A model generated the notes under the pieces. That model was given only the letters and a program-made list of their open reading frames with translations. It had not been told where the DNA came from and did no database searches. A stretch of 64,000 nt of DNA from an uncultured archaeon (GTDB lineage: Archaea; Thermoproteota; Bathyarchaeia; Bathyarchaeales; Bathycorpusculaceae): assembly GCA_963810275.1 (NCBI GenBank), contig CAWENF010000021.1:160001-224000 (forward strand), in the 5' to 3' direction. The position numbers and the translations under genes were made by a program. Shown in pieces: positions 45,541 to 56,532 of the stretch (position 1 is the stretch's first letter; every line of letters begins with the position of its first letter).

Positions 45541-45593
45541 AAAATTAAAAAAAACAAAAAAGGGAGGGAAAAAATTTTTCATAGTTTTTCACC

Positions 45594-48016
45594 TTATGGG
45601 TGCTTTCTTAGAACTAACATCATGACGGCTAAGACTACGATGATTGGAACGATGATTGCTGCTGACATTGGTATGAAGTATTGGTCAGCCATGCTTGGAG
45701 GTTGTGTTGGTTGCGGCGAGGGTGTTGCTGATGTGGGGTCAACTGCGAAAGATGTGACTGCGTGAGATTGCCAGTAAGATTTGCTGCCTGCAAATGATGC
45801 GTAGAGAGTATATTTGCCTTCAATGTCAGGTGTCCAGTTGTATGTGAAGAAGCCATCGGCATCTGCTGTTGTAGTGCCTATAGTTCGATAGTTGCCATTT
45901 GAGTCAACAACACTCAATTCCACTTGTACACCTACCACGTTTGTTGGGCGGGGTCTTTGCATAGAACGTATTGATCCATGCGGTCATGCTTTCGTCAGAT
46001 ACTGCGGGGACACCATTGGAAAACGAGCAGCTTGTATTCCTGAGCAAATACAGCAATGTCCAGTACTGTGCCTTCGATCATTACACTGCTTCCTTGTGTT
46101 GTGACTTTGGGTGAGGCATTAACTGTTATAGCGCTATGTCCTTTTCCGAATGCATATATCTGGTTGTCCATAGCATTGTGTGTTACTAGTAATCCATCTG
46201 CAAGGGCGCCCATGGCATTTCTAAGCCTTGATAAGCACCAGAAATATTCCAGATGCCTTCGCCTGTTGTAGCGTTAATAGCCCACATTTTCATACACGAA
46301 TAAGGGTTGGTCTGGCGAGTGTTCATTGTGTGGAATGTAGATTTTGCCATCTGGAATTATTGAGGCGCCATAGAAAGCCCAAGTACCGTAGGTTGTGTCA
46401 AGCTGAACTTGAGCACAGGCTCAATGCTTTCTGACCTGTAGTCATATTGTATCCAGATACAATCTCTGCAGATCCAGCGATGTAGAATATGTGGCCACAA
46501 AACCCCTCCAACATCAAAGATACCCAGTGGTTTTGTGGACCTTGAAGTGGATATATTTAATTTTATGTTTTTATGTGCAGAATTATCCACTGTTGATCTT
46601 CTCTGAAGGGTAGAGCGTATAACTCTGTGTATAGACTAATGTAACGGATATACGTGCGACAGTATCCGTCAATTTTCATTACCAGAAAAAATTCTTACCT
46701 GCTGTATCCTACGTGTACAAAAGTAGGCAATGGGTCTGTTAGTACTGGAAAAGTTCTGGTAGTGATCGTCACACCTTATTTTTCATCTCACCATTCAATA
46801 TGATCCTGCGCCATTTACTATGTTTGCATCCACTTCCCATTAAATACTATCGTGCTATTGATTGTTTGTCCTTGAAAACGTTCGATCTACGTTCATTATT
46901 TTGCTAACTCCAACATTTGAGGTGAAAATGATCTGGGAAGCGCAATAAGTACTCATCTCTAAATATCCTTTGCGTTATTGATAGTGTAAATTCGTATTTC
47001 GCCTTTTCGCACATTTGAACGTCACCGCTTGAGGCGTTCTAGACTGAAGGAATAATTACCTGTGAATCTATCATCTATCTGCTATGTAGTTTGTTGAATC
47101 ATGGATCAGCCAGACTATAAATTTTTACGCGTTATGGGAAAATGCAACCTAATCGTAGGCTGTTGAAACCGCTCCATAGGAGATGTTTTGATACTATAGA
47201 GATCACCTATACATACATCTACTGCTATTGTACCGTATCTTGGTGGTTCTGCGGTTTCGTAGTAGAGAACACCGTTCATAATGATTGGTGGTCTAAACAT
47301 TGGTTAATAGTTCAAGCCGCCATAGTAAGATTCAGCATAGCCGATAATTCCTCTCACTATTCCTCCTGGCAGCAATTGTTTTGTCCACATTATGTGTGAA
47401 GTGTTAGGTCCTGTAGAGTAGGGATTTGCATTACCGCTGCCTTCATAGGCTACTGCGTCTTTATCGCCTTTACCCATGAGCCAGTTTCCTGCAATAGTGT
47501 ACCATTCCCTATTTTCCGAATTTATTGGTCTTGTCCAATATTCAGTTGGAAACGGTAATTCAGGTGTTATGCCAATAGGTTGCTCTTGAACAGTGATTTC
47601 AATTGTTTTTGATTCTAGTGGTACATACCATCTTGAATAGCCATTTGAGCCCGTTCTGTTTACCCATTGTCCTGGAAAGCTAGCGTGTATTTTGTAAGTT
47701 CCTGTACTATCTGGAGTGAACCCAATGTAAGTACCTCCTTTATATCCGATTTCAATCCGCTGAATGTTTGTGTCTTTCCGTCTGGTTTTTCCACAGTAAC
47801 TTCGACGTTATCCCAAGTTTGTCCGGCAATTGGATTTGGTATTGCAAGCCACCATTGAATGTTTAATTGCTGACCAACACCGACAGGATTTGGAACTGCA
47901 CTGATGAATAATCGTGTTTCGACATCAACAGCCGACACTTGTATTACTGACATCATAGAAGGCAAAATTAGAAGCAAAATGCTCACAAAAATTATTGATA
48001 CTTTTTTGTTTTTCAA
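45594..48016 (-). pseudogene. PQQ-binding-like beta-propeller surface protein 2 (heavily disrupted)
   Basis: AVPNPVGVGQ, PTEYWTRPIN, PPIIMNGVLYY, DNQIYAFGKG, DSNGNYRTIGTT, TM plus RKHP in separate frames. Confidence 0.75.
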
Positions 48017-48053
48017 TTTCTTAAATCTCCGTTTCGGGATTTTAGTTTATCAA

Positions 48054-48295
48054 GTTTAATGTTTTTTGCAAATAAGTCTCACGGACACTGCGTGCATACA
48101 AATAAATGCTCAAAACTATGATTAGTTTAACAAACTGATTTTAATAATAAACATAATGCTTGCTCACTTTTTGTGCATACAAATAATTGTGTAAAAATAT
48201 GGGTCATTAGGACACAAATAGCAAACTATAAACAAGAAAAGAAAACAAGTACTAAAAATTAAGATCTCTATTTTTTCGGTACTGACTTTAATTAT
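48054..48295. repeat. Duplicated upstream regulatory region, copy 1, with four CAAATA motifs
   Basis: Aligns with 51061-51305 (TTTGCAAATAAGTCTCACG, CATACAAATAA, GGACACAAATAGCAAA, ACAAGAAAA, AAGATC). Confidence 0.8.
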
Positions 48296-48409
48296 GCTAA
48301 AGACGCTTCGGTTGGTCTGGGAATAGAGAATTAAGTTATCAATGTTAAACAGAAACTTCTCAGCCCCAATTTGAAATCCAAAACGAAAAAAAGAAAGTGG
48401 GGGCTTGGT

Positions 48410-51045
48410 TTATGGTTTTTTTCTTAGCATCAAGATCATGACTGCGCCGATGACTGCAACGAGGATGAATAAGGCTGCGATTGCTGGTATGAAATATTGA
48501 TCTGCCATAGATTCTGGTTGCTCAGCTTGAGGAGTTGGTGTTGCTGCTGCTTGATCGACGTTAAATGCTGTAACTGCATGCGATGGATAATATGAGCTAC
48601 TTCCTTCAAAGGATGCGTAAATTATGTATTTGCCTTCAATATCAGGCTGCCATGTGAAACTGTAGAATCCATCTGAGTCAGCTGTGGTTGTTCCAATCGT
48701 TCTATAGTTGCCGTTTGCATCTAATACGCTTAAATTGATGTCAACACCTTGCGCATTTGGTTTTTCTGTTTGTTGATAAACGTACTTCATCCAGTCTGCC
48801 ATACTTTCATCAGACACTGCAGGAACGCCGTCGGGGAATCTTAATTGAATTTCTTTTTGAGTACTACCCGGTGAGACGTCTGTAATTGAACCTCTTATTG
48901 TTATCGTGTTAGCAATTGTTATACCACTTGATGGTACGTCAATGTTTATTGCGCTTGGACCTTTACCTATTGCGTATATTTGCATGTCATATGTGTTCAT
49001 AGCTGCAATGATACTATCTCCAATTAGAGGGTATCCACCCCAGTGAGTCCCGCGAATAAGACCATCTGCTCTCCAAACTACATCACCGGTTGTTGCGTTA
49101 AGACAAATCATTGGTGCGTCGACTGGAAGTGAAAGTTCATATCCGGAGTGTTCTGTGTGTATGACATAAATCAGGCCGTTTGCAATGAACATTGGATAAA
49201 GTGGCCATTCTGCGAACGTTGATCCTAACGCTCTTTCATTGATAGCTGTATAATTCCAAAGCAAATTGCCTGTTAAAGTATCGTAGCAATATAGCACACC
49301 TGAATATCCAGCGGTATAATATTTGCCGTCGTAAATTTGATTAACTGCTCTAGCTGATGTTCCTGCAAGACCCATAGTATAGAAGTCTAAGTAACCGTGT
49401 GAATCCGAAGTCCATAAGTGTGCACCTGTTTCAACACTAAATGCATAATCTTGTCGTGTTTCTTTTTCACCAAAAACTATGATCTCATCTTGTGATAGAT
49501 CACTTGTTGCCTGCCATGCAATTGTTACATTACCATCTTTCCAGTCTGATGGTGAATCCCATACCTTGTTGAAAAATAAAGTTCCTGCACGTTGTTCGTC
49601 AATGCTTATTGCCCATAATGTAACACCATTCGCCGATGCAGTTCCACCAAGAATTCGGTCATCAAGAACTGAAAAGACAGATCCAGGTAGACCCGTTGGA
49701 ATAGTTACGTTCCATTCGTATCCTGCATATCCTGTTGGTGTTAGTTCGTTGTCTGCTGGAGTGACAGATGAAATTCCTGTTGCATCAACAACTTTACCTT
49801 CAGGAACCCATTGTTGTAGGTTTGTTGTACCAATTTCTTGTCCTGCCCATAAGTCAGGAATGTTAGTTGAGTTCCAAAGGGTCATGTAGCCTTTTGCTAA
49901 GGTTAGTTGTATAGACAAGCATTTCACCGTTTTCGCCGATAACTTTGTTTCCTGATGGGACATTGTAGATTGAATAGATGTATTCACCCGTGAATGGATC
50001 AAATGCACATAAAGTTGTACCTGCATTGAATGGAAGTCCTAGTGATGTTTTAGTTTCTGCGGTTGCAGTAGCCCATAAGTAAGGATATGTGCCAACAACG
50101 TTAATTGAGTTCCATTGCATCAATTGTCCTTGAGCTAAAGTCAAATTGTTGAGAAAAGTTTTTGTCCAAAGCACTTCACCTGTATGCAAGTTTACAGCTG
50201 TGTATTCATGAATCTTTGATGTAGTTGGATAGTTGTCGTAGTACAAGTTTCCAAGCATTATGACGCTTCTCAAGAATTTGCCTTGATATGCATCTCCAAT
50301 AGTTACTCTGTCTTCTGTTATTGTACTTGTAGTTCCTTTGCTGCCACCAACTAATCCTCCACCTGTAATTGGTCTACTCCAAAGTAGATGGGGTGATTGT
50401 GGTGCGTAATCGTTTCCATATGCTATTCTGTTATAGGTGTTAGCTGTGTTTGATGCCATTAACCAGTTGCCGCCAATGGTTTGCCATGTTTGGTACTGGT
50501 TGTTTATTGGTCTTGACCAGTATTCATTAGGTAAGGGTTGATAAATAGCACCCTGAATTGGTTCAGATTGTACAACTATACTCCACTTTTTCACTAGAAC
50601 TTGCTTGCATTATTGTTCCTTTTGGGAGAGAAGAACCTATGCTAGCGGGATTAGTTTGTTCTGGGAAGAACGATTGTAAAATATATGTTCCTTCCATGTC
50701 CGGTGTAAAACTTGTTGATGTTCCGCCAGTTGAATCAGTTGCAAATGGACCTAAAGTTGTCTCGTGACCGTCTGGGTCTGTGATGACTACTGTAAGTCCT
50801 GTCCAGCTATATTGGTCAGCAGCTAATTGTTGAGTTATACCTAACCGGATAAGAACTTCTTGTCCTACGCCGATGGGGTTTGGTGTTGCCCCAACGAATG
50901 CATAAGTTTTTAACGTGGGTTCAGCGCTGTCTTCACCGTTTATTGTCGGAATAATAGTTGATACTGATAGTACAGATAGCAACGTTATTGTCAGTATAGC
51001 AAATATTTTATTGGTTTTTGACACTTTCATTTTTTCTTGCTCCAT
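48410..51045 (-). CDS. PQQ-binding-like beta-propeller surface protein 3 (two frameshifts)
   Basis: Track ORFs 50563-51045, 49863-50594 and 48410-50026 join into one protein: ATPNPIGVGQ, LPNEYWSRPIN, EHS, YAIGKGPS, RFPDGVPAVSDESM, TM plus RKKP. Confidence 0.85.
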
Positions 51046-51060
51046 AATTTTGTAACATTA

Positions 51061-51305
51061 GTTTGATGTATTTGCAAATAAGTCTCACGAACATCAAGTG
51101 CGTTCAAATAAATGTAAAGAAGTATGGTCAGTTTGGGAAATGGAGTGGGAAAATAAACAGATAAACCTGCTCACATTGCGTACATACAAATAAATGTGTA
51201 AAAAATCGGTGATTTGGGACACAAATAGCAAATTATAGACAAGAAAAAGAGAGCAAGTATTAAAAAAAATAAGATCGCCATTTATTTGGTATGGACTATA
51301 ATTAC
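51061..51305. repeat. Duplicated upstream regulatory region, copy 2
   Basis: See 48054-48295. Confidence 0.8.
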
Positions 51306-51975
51306 ACGAGGATTATAATTGAAATCCTTTCAGCGATTGCCTGCTTAGTATTAGCAAATTCATGATAAAACCATATCAACTTAAGAAACAAAGCAGGTAT
51401 CTTGGCTTACCATCGGATTTGGTATTCTTGGTTTAAGTTTTGCTCTTACTGTACGCTACTAATCCCGCCGCTTTATCATAATGCTGCATTGTCATGGTTT
51501 GCACACTTCACACGGGTATTTGCATTTATATTCCTCGCAATAACATACTATTTTTCAAAAAATCAGAAAAACGATTACTATGGGACCTAACTCTTAGCCT
51601 CGTGATAGTTGCCTTTATTGCTTCAGCTTTAGCACTCTTATATGCGCCACGAGATATTCTATCAAACTATACAGTTGCTCTGACCTTTGTCCGTATTCTT
51701 AGTTTAGCAGTCCTATCTTACATAATTATCCATACGTTTAGAATACACACAGCAAATCCAAATCTAACACCATATTGGGTCCCCCTGGGCTTTCTATTCT
51801 TCGCATTGAGCCAGTTTTTGTTACTTACATGTACATTACTGAGAGGTTCATTAGATTCAATTGCACAGATACATTAAGCTGGGTAGCTTTGCGTTCGATT
51901 GGCAGGTTTAACATTTTTCTTTTTGTTACCTATCGAACCTTTTACAGTTCTGAGGGAATGGGTCACAATAGATGA
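51291..51975 (+). pseudogene. Polytopic membrane protein preceding a wHTH gene (several frameshifts)
   Basis: MDYNYTRIIIEILSAIACLVL / FMIKPYQL / RYLGLPSDL / FTRVFAFIFLAITYYFSK / YWVPLGFLFFALSQF / FLFVTYRTFYS; stop overlaps wHTH ATG. Confidence 0.65.
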
Positions 51976-52244
51976 ATAAGATTCATCGAAGTAGGATGGA
52001 AATATACGGCGAACTGTTAGCTGTGCTAAAAGAAGAAACTAACAACGAAAAGTTAGTGGTGACTCGGATTCAGGGTCGAATTAATGTGCCTTTTGATCGA
52101 TTTAAAAAATACATTTCAGAGCTTTACAGTTTAGGCTTGATTGAGGACCAGACTACTCTTAAACTTACAGACAAAGGAAAAGAATACCTAAAGGGATACG
52201 AGCAAATTGTGATTTTCATGGAGCGCATGGGTCTCACAAAATAG
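51972..52244 (+). CDS. Winged helix-turn-helix regulator (ArnR1/HTH_45-like)
   Basis: HRSRMEIYGELL...TRIQGRINVPFDRFKKYISEL...LTDKGKEYL. Confidence 0.85.
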   Translation: MNKIHRSRMEIYGELLAVLKEETNNEKLVVTRIQGRINVPFDRFKKYISELYSLGLIEDQTTLKLTDKGKEYLKGYEQIVIFMERMGLTK

Positions 52245-52409
52245 AATAACACTTTGAGACTATGCAGTGCTAGACTATGTCCCTTTTTATGAAGGGGGGA
52301 GAAAAAAACGATAAATTCTTCTCCAGAGGTGCGTATCCCAGCGGATTCGCCATTTTAGTTGTAAAAAATCTGATTTGCAGTACCTTTAGTCAACAAAAGA
52401 AGATTTTAA

Positions 52410-52515
52410 GGTTTGCTGAGGCTTCTGCTTAAGGAGATTTAAGGAGAAAAATTAATTAAAACAACAGCAAACAACATCATACACATACAAAAACCCTCAT
52501 CAACCCCAATTTTAA
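52410..52515. repeat. Intergenic direct repeat, copy 2
   Basis: GGTTTGCTGAGGCTTCTGC...ATTTAAGGAGAAAAA...CAACCCCAAT. Confidence 0.7.
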
Positions 52516-52750
52516 AGCCAAAAAAACTAAAAGAGAGTTATGCTCCGTGATGCTATTTTGTTTGTATAAAATAAATCGTAGAAAAGAGTAGCCCAGAAGA
52601 GATTCGAACTCTTTAGGACTTTTCTTTCCTGCTGAAAGAAAATCCCTGCCAAAAGAAAGGGCTTTAATTTGGGTTTCTTCGTGTTCCATATGTTGTTTCT
52701 CCGTATCTTTATGTGATACAATACATATCAATCAATAGACAAATATAAAT

Positions 52751-52767
52751 GTATCATAATATGATAC
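52751..52767. promoter_or_regulatory. Perfect palindromic operator
   Basis: GTATCATA-A-TATGATAC between TATAAA (52744-52749) and the ATG at 52783. Confidence 0.65.
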
Positions 52768-52782
52768 TCTAAGTGACTGCCG

Positions 52783-52965
52783 ATGCATAAAGCCATCCTA
52801 TCAGAACGTGAAAGAACTCTACTAACCAAATTCCTTGACGATGAACCCATAACAGATGAAACCTTCCGAATGCTAAAAATGAGGATTAAGCGAAACTATC
52901 CCACTATAACTCAAGATTTTCAGCTAATCAGCCAACTATTGAATAAGCTTGAATCTTCCACATAG
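52783..52965 (+). CDS. Small helical protein, probably DNA-binding
   Basis: MHKAILSERERTLLTKFL...FRMLKMRIKR; TATA box and operator upstream. Confidence 0.65.
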   Translation: MHKAILSERERTLLTKFLDDEPITDETFRMLKMRIKRNYPTITQDFQLISQLLNKLESST

Positions 52966-53016
52966 GGCTATTTTTACTATATTTTATTTTAGAATTTACT
53001 TCTATAATTATTGGAT

Positions 53017-53047
53017 ACCTTTTCCTGAGGTCGGGGTATACCACCCT
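53017..53047 (+). repeat. Inverted copy of the junction repeat block
   Basis: ACCTTTTCCTGAGGTCGGGGTATACCACCC, reverse-complement orientation of GGGTA...GGAAAAGGT. Confidence 0.6.
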
Positions 53048-53132
53048 CTATCAATCATCATATGAACTATAGTAAGTTAGTAATTGATTTTTTATTAGTT
53101 AATTATTAGAATAGCAATTAATCTATGGTTAG

Positions 53133-53220
53133 TTTATCAAGTAACTTTGGCATTATTTCTCATAGTCATTATTTTAGCCATTGAATCCTATAGGGGGGTA
53201 GCATAGGTATGGGAAAAGGT
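53133..53220 (-). repeat. Cassette junction J1
   Basis: ATCAA-GTAACT-TTGGC and GGGGGGTAGCATAGGTATGGGAAAAGGT. Confidence 0.65.
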
Positions 53221-53339
53221 CTAATGATTCCAAGCTATACCAAATTATTTCTATATGGTTGATTGCTGTCAGAACTTATTAGCGGACATAGTACATATCC
53301 AAAAAATATTAAATCGAACAAGGCATAAGAGCAATAGTT

Positions 53340-53516
53340 ATGACTCCTACTAAGATTAACAGCATTCTTTCAGTTATTGGATTATTATTGATTTTTATTG
53401 CCATAATTGGCGGATATTTTACTTTAGGTCAACAATTGTTTGGTTACTTTTCATTCATCGGACTCGCTGGTTTGATAATTCAAATATGGGTGTATCATAG
53501 AAAGAAGCAGATATGA
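53340..53516 (+). CDS. Small two-TM protein (58 aa)
   Basis: MTPTKINSILSVIGLLLIFIAIIGGYFTLGQQLFGYFSFIGLAGLIIQIWVYHRKKQI*; below ORF-track cutoff. Confidence 0.65.
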   Translation: MTPTKINSILSVIGLLLIFIAIIGGYFTLGQQLFGYFSFIGLAGLIIQIWVYHRKKQI

Positions 53517-53547
53517 AAAAAGGTCAAAACTAAAAACAAAATAGCAC

Positions 53548-53624
53548 ATCAAATATTTCTTTGATTAACTATTGTCGAATTGATTAAGAATGGGGGTAGG
53601 GTACACCCAAGCTTGGGAAAAGGT
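53548..53624 (-). repeat. Cassette junction J2
   Basis: TTTCTTTGATTAA...TTGATTAAG...GGGGGTAGGGTACACCCAAGCTTGGGAAAAGGT abutting the stop at 53625. Confidence 0.75.
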
Positions 53625-54494
53625 CTACTTATCCGACAGAACGGTTTTTCGATGCCTTCTAAAGAGCACACCAGCAATAAACGCCAAGGCGATAATAACA
53701 AGTATAATTGGCAATATTACCAAATTTGGCAAGTCTGTATACCCAACCGAAAACGTTATTGTTTTTTCATCCATATTTCCATACATATCACTTACATACA
53801 AAGTCAAAGAGTGGGTACCTTTTGATAACTCTGTCAATGTTATATTCCACGTACTTGGATTACCATTATGACTATCCCAAAGAGTCACGTTATTTGCTCC
53901 ATCAAGACTATACCCTGCCCAATCAGTCAATCTGCTAACAGTATAGCTTAACGAAACATTAGATTCTCTGTAAGTCTGATTTGACGGCGATAAAAGGTTG
54001 ATTTCGATAGGATTACCTGTTACAGTATAATTAAGAGAAAGTTGAGGAACTATTGGATTTTCTACTCCCCATATGTAGCTACAAAAGCAGCTAAAAGTGT
54101 AGGTTCCTGAGTATTGTGCAGTAAAGTTGAAAGAGTCTTCGGTTGAGTTAAAATCATATAGCGTTTTAGAGTTTACGTCTTGGATTTTTGGGTGTACAGA
54201 GTAAGTGATTAGTTCACCATGTCCACCGATGTATCTGTTTGGGTAATAGTGAAAGTTGTTGATTATAAATAAACCTTGAACTTGGTCACCTTTTTCAAGC
54301 GGCATCATTCGGATTGTGAAATAGCCTTCAGGGACAAGTGAGTATTGTTCGCATAATTCCTTATTGAATTCTTGTGGTACGTTGGATGATGGTTGTGGAT
54401 TTTCAGGTTGAACCACAAACAAGGTTAAACATAGCGATATGATTATTAGAGATAGAATTAATGCAAAGGTTTTGCCGATTCTACCCATGTTCAA
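53625..54494 (-). CDS. Membrane-anchored surface protein (Ig-like domain, TM-RRHRKT tail)
   Basis: Signal peptide, LSPSNQTY...GYSLDG...GTHSLTLYVSDMYGN, TM plus LFRRHRKT. Confidence 0.85.
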   Translation of the reverse strand: MNMGRIGKTFALILSLIIISLCLTLFVVQPENPQPSSNVPQEFNKELCEQYSLVPEGYFTIRMMPLEKGDQVQGLFIINNFHYYPNRYIGGHGELITYSVHPKIQDVNSKTLYDFNSTEDSFNFTAQYSGTYTFSCFCSYIWGVENPIVPQLSLNYTVTGNPIEINLLSPSNQTYRESNVSLSYTVSRLTDWAGYSLDGANNVTLWDSHNGNPSTWNITLTELSKGTHSLTLYVSDMYGNMDEKTITFSVGYTDLPNLVILPIILVIIALAFIAGVLFRRHRKTVLSDK

Positions 54495-54526
54495 TATTGG
54501 TGTTTAGAAGTGATATAACGTTAATT

Positions 54527-54633
54527 GTATAGATTTCTTGACTAAGCTGAGTCGAGGTTTATTGACTAACAGAAAGAGGTAGTTTAGCGGGAAAAGGTTA
54601 AGCTTCCAAGTGACGTTTTTTCGATGCCTAAAA
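54527..54633 (-). repeat. Cassette junction J3 including an orphan RHRK-tail sequence
   Basis: GTATA-GATTTC-TTGACTAAG, GTCGA-GGTTTA-TTGACTAA (24 bp later), GGGAAAAGGTTA, then TTTTTTCGATGCCTAAA. Confidence 0.8.
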
Positions 54634-54671
54634 TAATTTTGTGGTTCTATATTTGCAGATATACTTAGAAG

Positions 54672-55556
54672 CTATATTTTTAATTTCAGAAGAGTTCCAT
54701 TTGGCTGGAACTCTGCCACAAACACATCTCTTGCAGTCAGCGTAAGGGTAATTCCTTGGTAGCTATCAAAAATATCAAACTCCAAATCCAAATTCAAGTC
54801 AGTGTTAGTGGGCTGTTGTCCAGTCGCATTTTCATATTCTAAGATAGCTTGATTGTAAAACCAGTTTAGCCCCAATGAATCAATCTGGATAAAATCATTG
54901 TTTATTTGCTCATGCGACGGATAACCGCTGGGAAGATCATAATCGCTATAATGACTGGAAACCTAATAAAAATATGGATCACCACTACTATGCCCTACAG
55001 TTAACCGTGTTCTAATGTCTCCTGCATAAAAAGCCCAGTGTACCCCACCTTGCGGTGCGTTACTATAAGTCGAATGAATACTAAGACTCTCAAAAATCAA
55101 AGTCCCAAAATGTTCAAGTTGATAAAACTGAAAACTCGATGAGGACTCAAGAGTTTGAAGGTATGATGATAATGAAGCATCCAGTATTTCAGGATAACTT
55201 GCAGTAGGAGCAGTAGGTCCTGCATAACCCTGCATGTAAAACCCTACCCCTCCAAACGCCAACATGAATATAAAGAAACCTACAACCAGTCTGCTGAATA
55301 TTTTAGTTATTTTGTTCTTAATGACAATAAGGATAATGGTTATAACTAGTAGTAATCCGCTAATCGAAACAAGAATGATTGAAAGTGTCGAAATTGGGAC
55401 TGTAGTAAGCTGGATTAGAAAGAAACTTGCAACAAAAAACAGTACCAGTCGGGGAAGACCAATTCTACGCATGAGTTGCGGTTTGTTCTCTTTGGACGGT
55501 TGAGGTTGGCTACTTTTTAACGGTAATAGTCTATATGTTCGTTTGGGAGAACTCAT
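54672..55556 (-). CDS. Hypothetical membrane protein, frameshift near 54963
   Basis: Track ORFs 54963-55556 (3 TM) and 54672-54875 appear to be one gene. Confidence 0.6.
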
Positions 55557-55734
55557 TTTAAGAAATCTTGGATAATTGCAAGTTTTTGGTTTTGATGTTG
55601 TTAGATATTACTTTGATGCTTTTGAAGTTATTAGTTGACACTCTCTTGTTTGTTACTAATGTATTTGTATGGTTACTTTCATTATTAGTCTTTATTAACA
55701 TTTTTAGTGTGTGCTTGAAAGTTATTTGAATTAT

Positions 55735-55770
55735 TCTAACAGATAGCGTAGTAGGTAAGTTGTGAAAAGT
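55735..55770 (-). repeat. Cassette junction J4 (degenerate)
   Basis: CTAACAGATAGCGTAGTAGGTAAGTTGTGAAAAGT abutting the stop at 55771. Confidence 0.45.
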
Positions 55771-56427
55771 TCACGGCTTCAAGTATGCGGTTTTTCGATG
55801 CCTTCTAAAGAGCAAAACTGACAGCAAAAAGACAGCCACTATAACGCCAATAGGCAACAGGCAATTTGTCAACTCTAAGTGTGGTGCATTTCTATCTGTC
55901 GGTGGGGAAGGAGTCGGAATTGATTCAAAGTTACTGGTAAATACTACGGTTGAATTTGCTTCACTCCGATATGTAAACCCAAACATCGCAACAATAAGGT
56001 TTACAGAACCAGCTGTATTAATCTCTACTTTATGCGTTCCATCGGGAATATTTGAGATGGTCTCATTAAATTCTAAAAATTCAACTTCGCTATCCTGATT
56101 TGAATAGAGGTTAGTTTCTTTAGTTTGCCAATCACCCTTATAGTAAACTCTTGTTATGCTTCCAGAGTTATTTCTTACACCATTATGCTCTATGATACTT
56201 GACGGTATATTGGGTGATAATTTGATAATTTGTGGCTTTGTTACGTTGAAATATAATTGAATTGAATTAGATTGTATTGTAGAACCATTTTGTGGATAAG
56301 TGACGGTGATATTTGGTCCAGTCATTGTTGGTTTATAAAGTTCATAGTAGTCTTGAGCATCCACAATTGCCAAGGGTATTGTTGTTAGCATCAACCCAAT
56401 TATTACCAAAGCCACTATTAGTTTCAT
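55771..56427 (-). CDS. Membrane-anchored surface protein (Ig-like domain, TM-RRHRKT tail)
   Basis: Signal peptide, ITVTYPQN, IPDGTHKVEI, DRNAPHL, TM plus LFRRHRKTAYLKP. Confidence 0.85.
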   Translation of the reverse strand: MKLIVALVIIGLMLTTIPLAIVDAQDYYELYKPTMTGPNITVTYPQNGSTIQSNSIQLYFNVTKPQIIKLSPNIPSSIIEHNGVRNNSGSITRVYYKGDWQTKETNLYSNQDSEVEFLEFNETISNIPDGTHKVEINTAGSVNLIVAMFGFTYRSEANSTVVFTSNFESIPTPSPPTDRNAPHLELTNCLLPIGVIVAVFLLSVLLFRRHRKTAYLKP

Positions 56428-56466
56428 GTCAGTTTTAGTTTACTTTATATTCCACTTATGAGCCTT

Positions 56467-56530
56467 TTTGTCAAGCTTTCTTGACTAAGCTAAAAGAATA
56501 AGGGTGGGGTAGCATAGTCGTGGGAAAAGA
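56467..56530 (-). repeat. Cassette junction J5
   Basis: TTTGTCAA-GCTTTC-TTGACTAAG...GGGTGGGGTAGCATAGTCGTGGGAAAAGA. Confidence 0.85.
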
Positions 56531-56532
56531 TG

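Noticed and set aside
45382-45625. Short ORFs over the intergenic repeat (also 52477-52731)
   Set aside because: Low-complexity A/T tracts; the similarity between copies is at the DNA level and the frame is not conserved.
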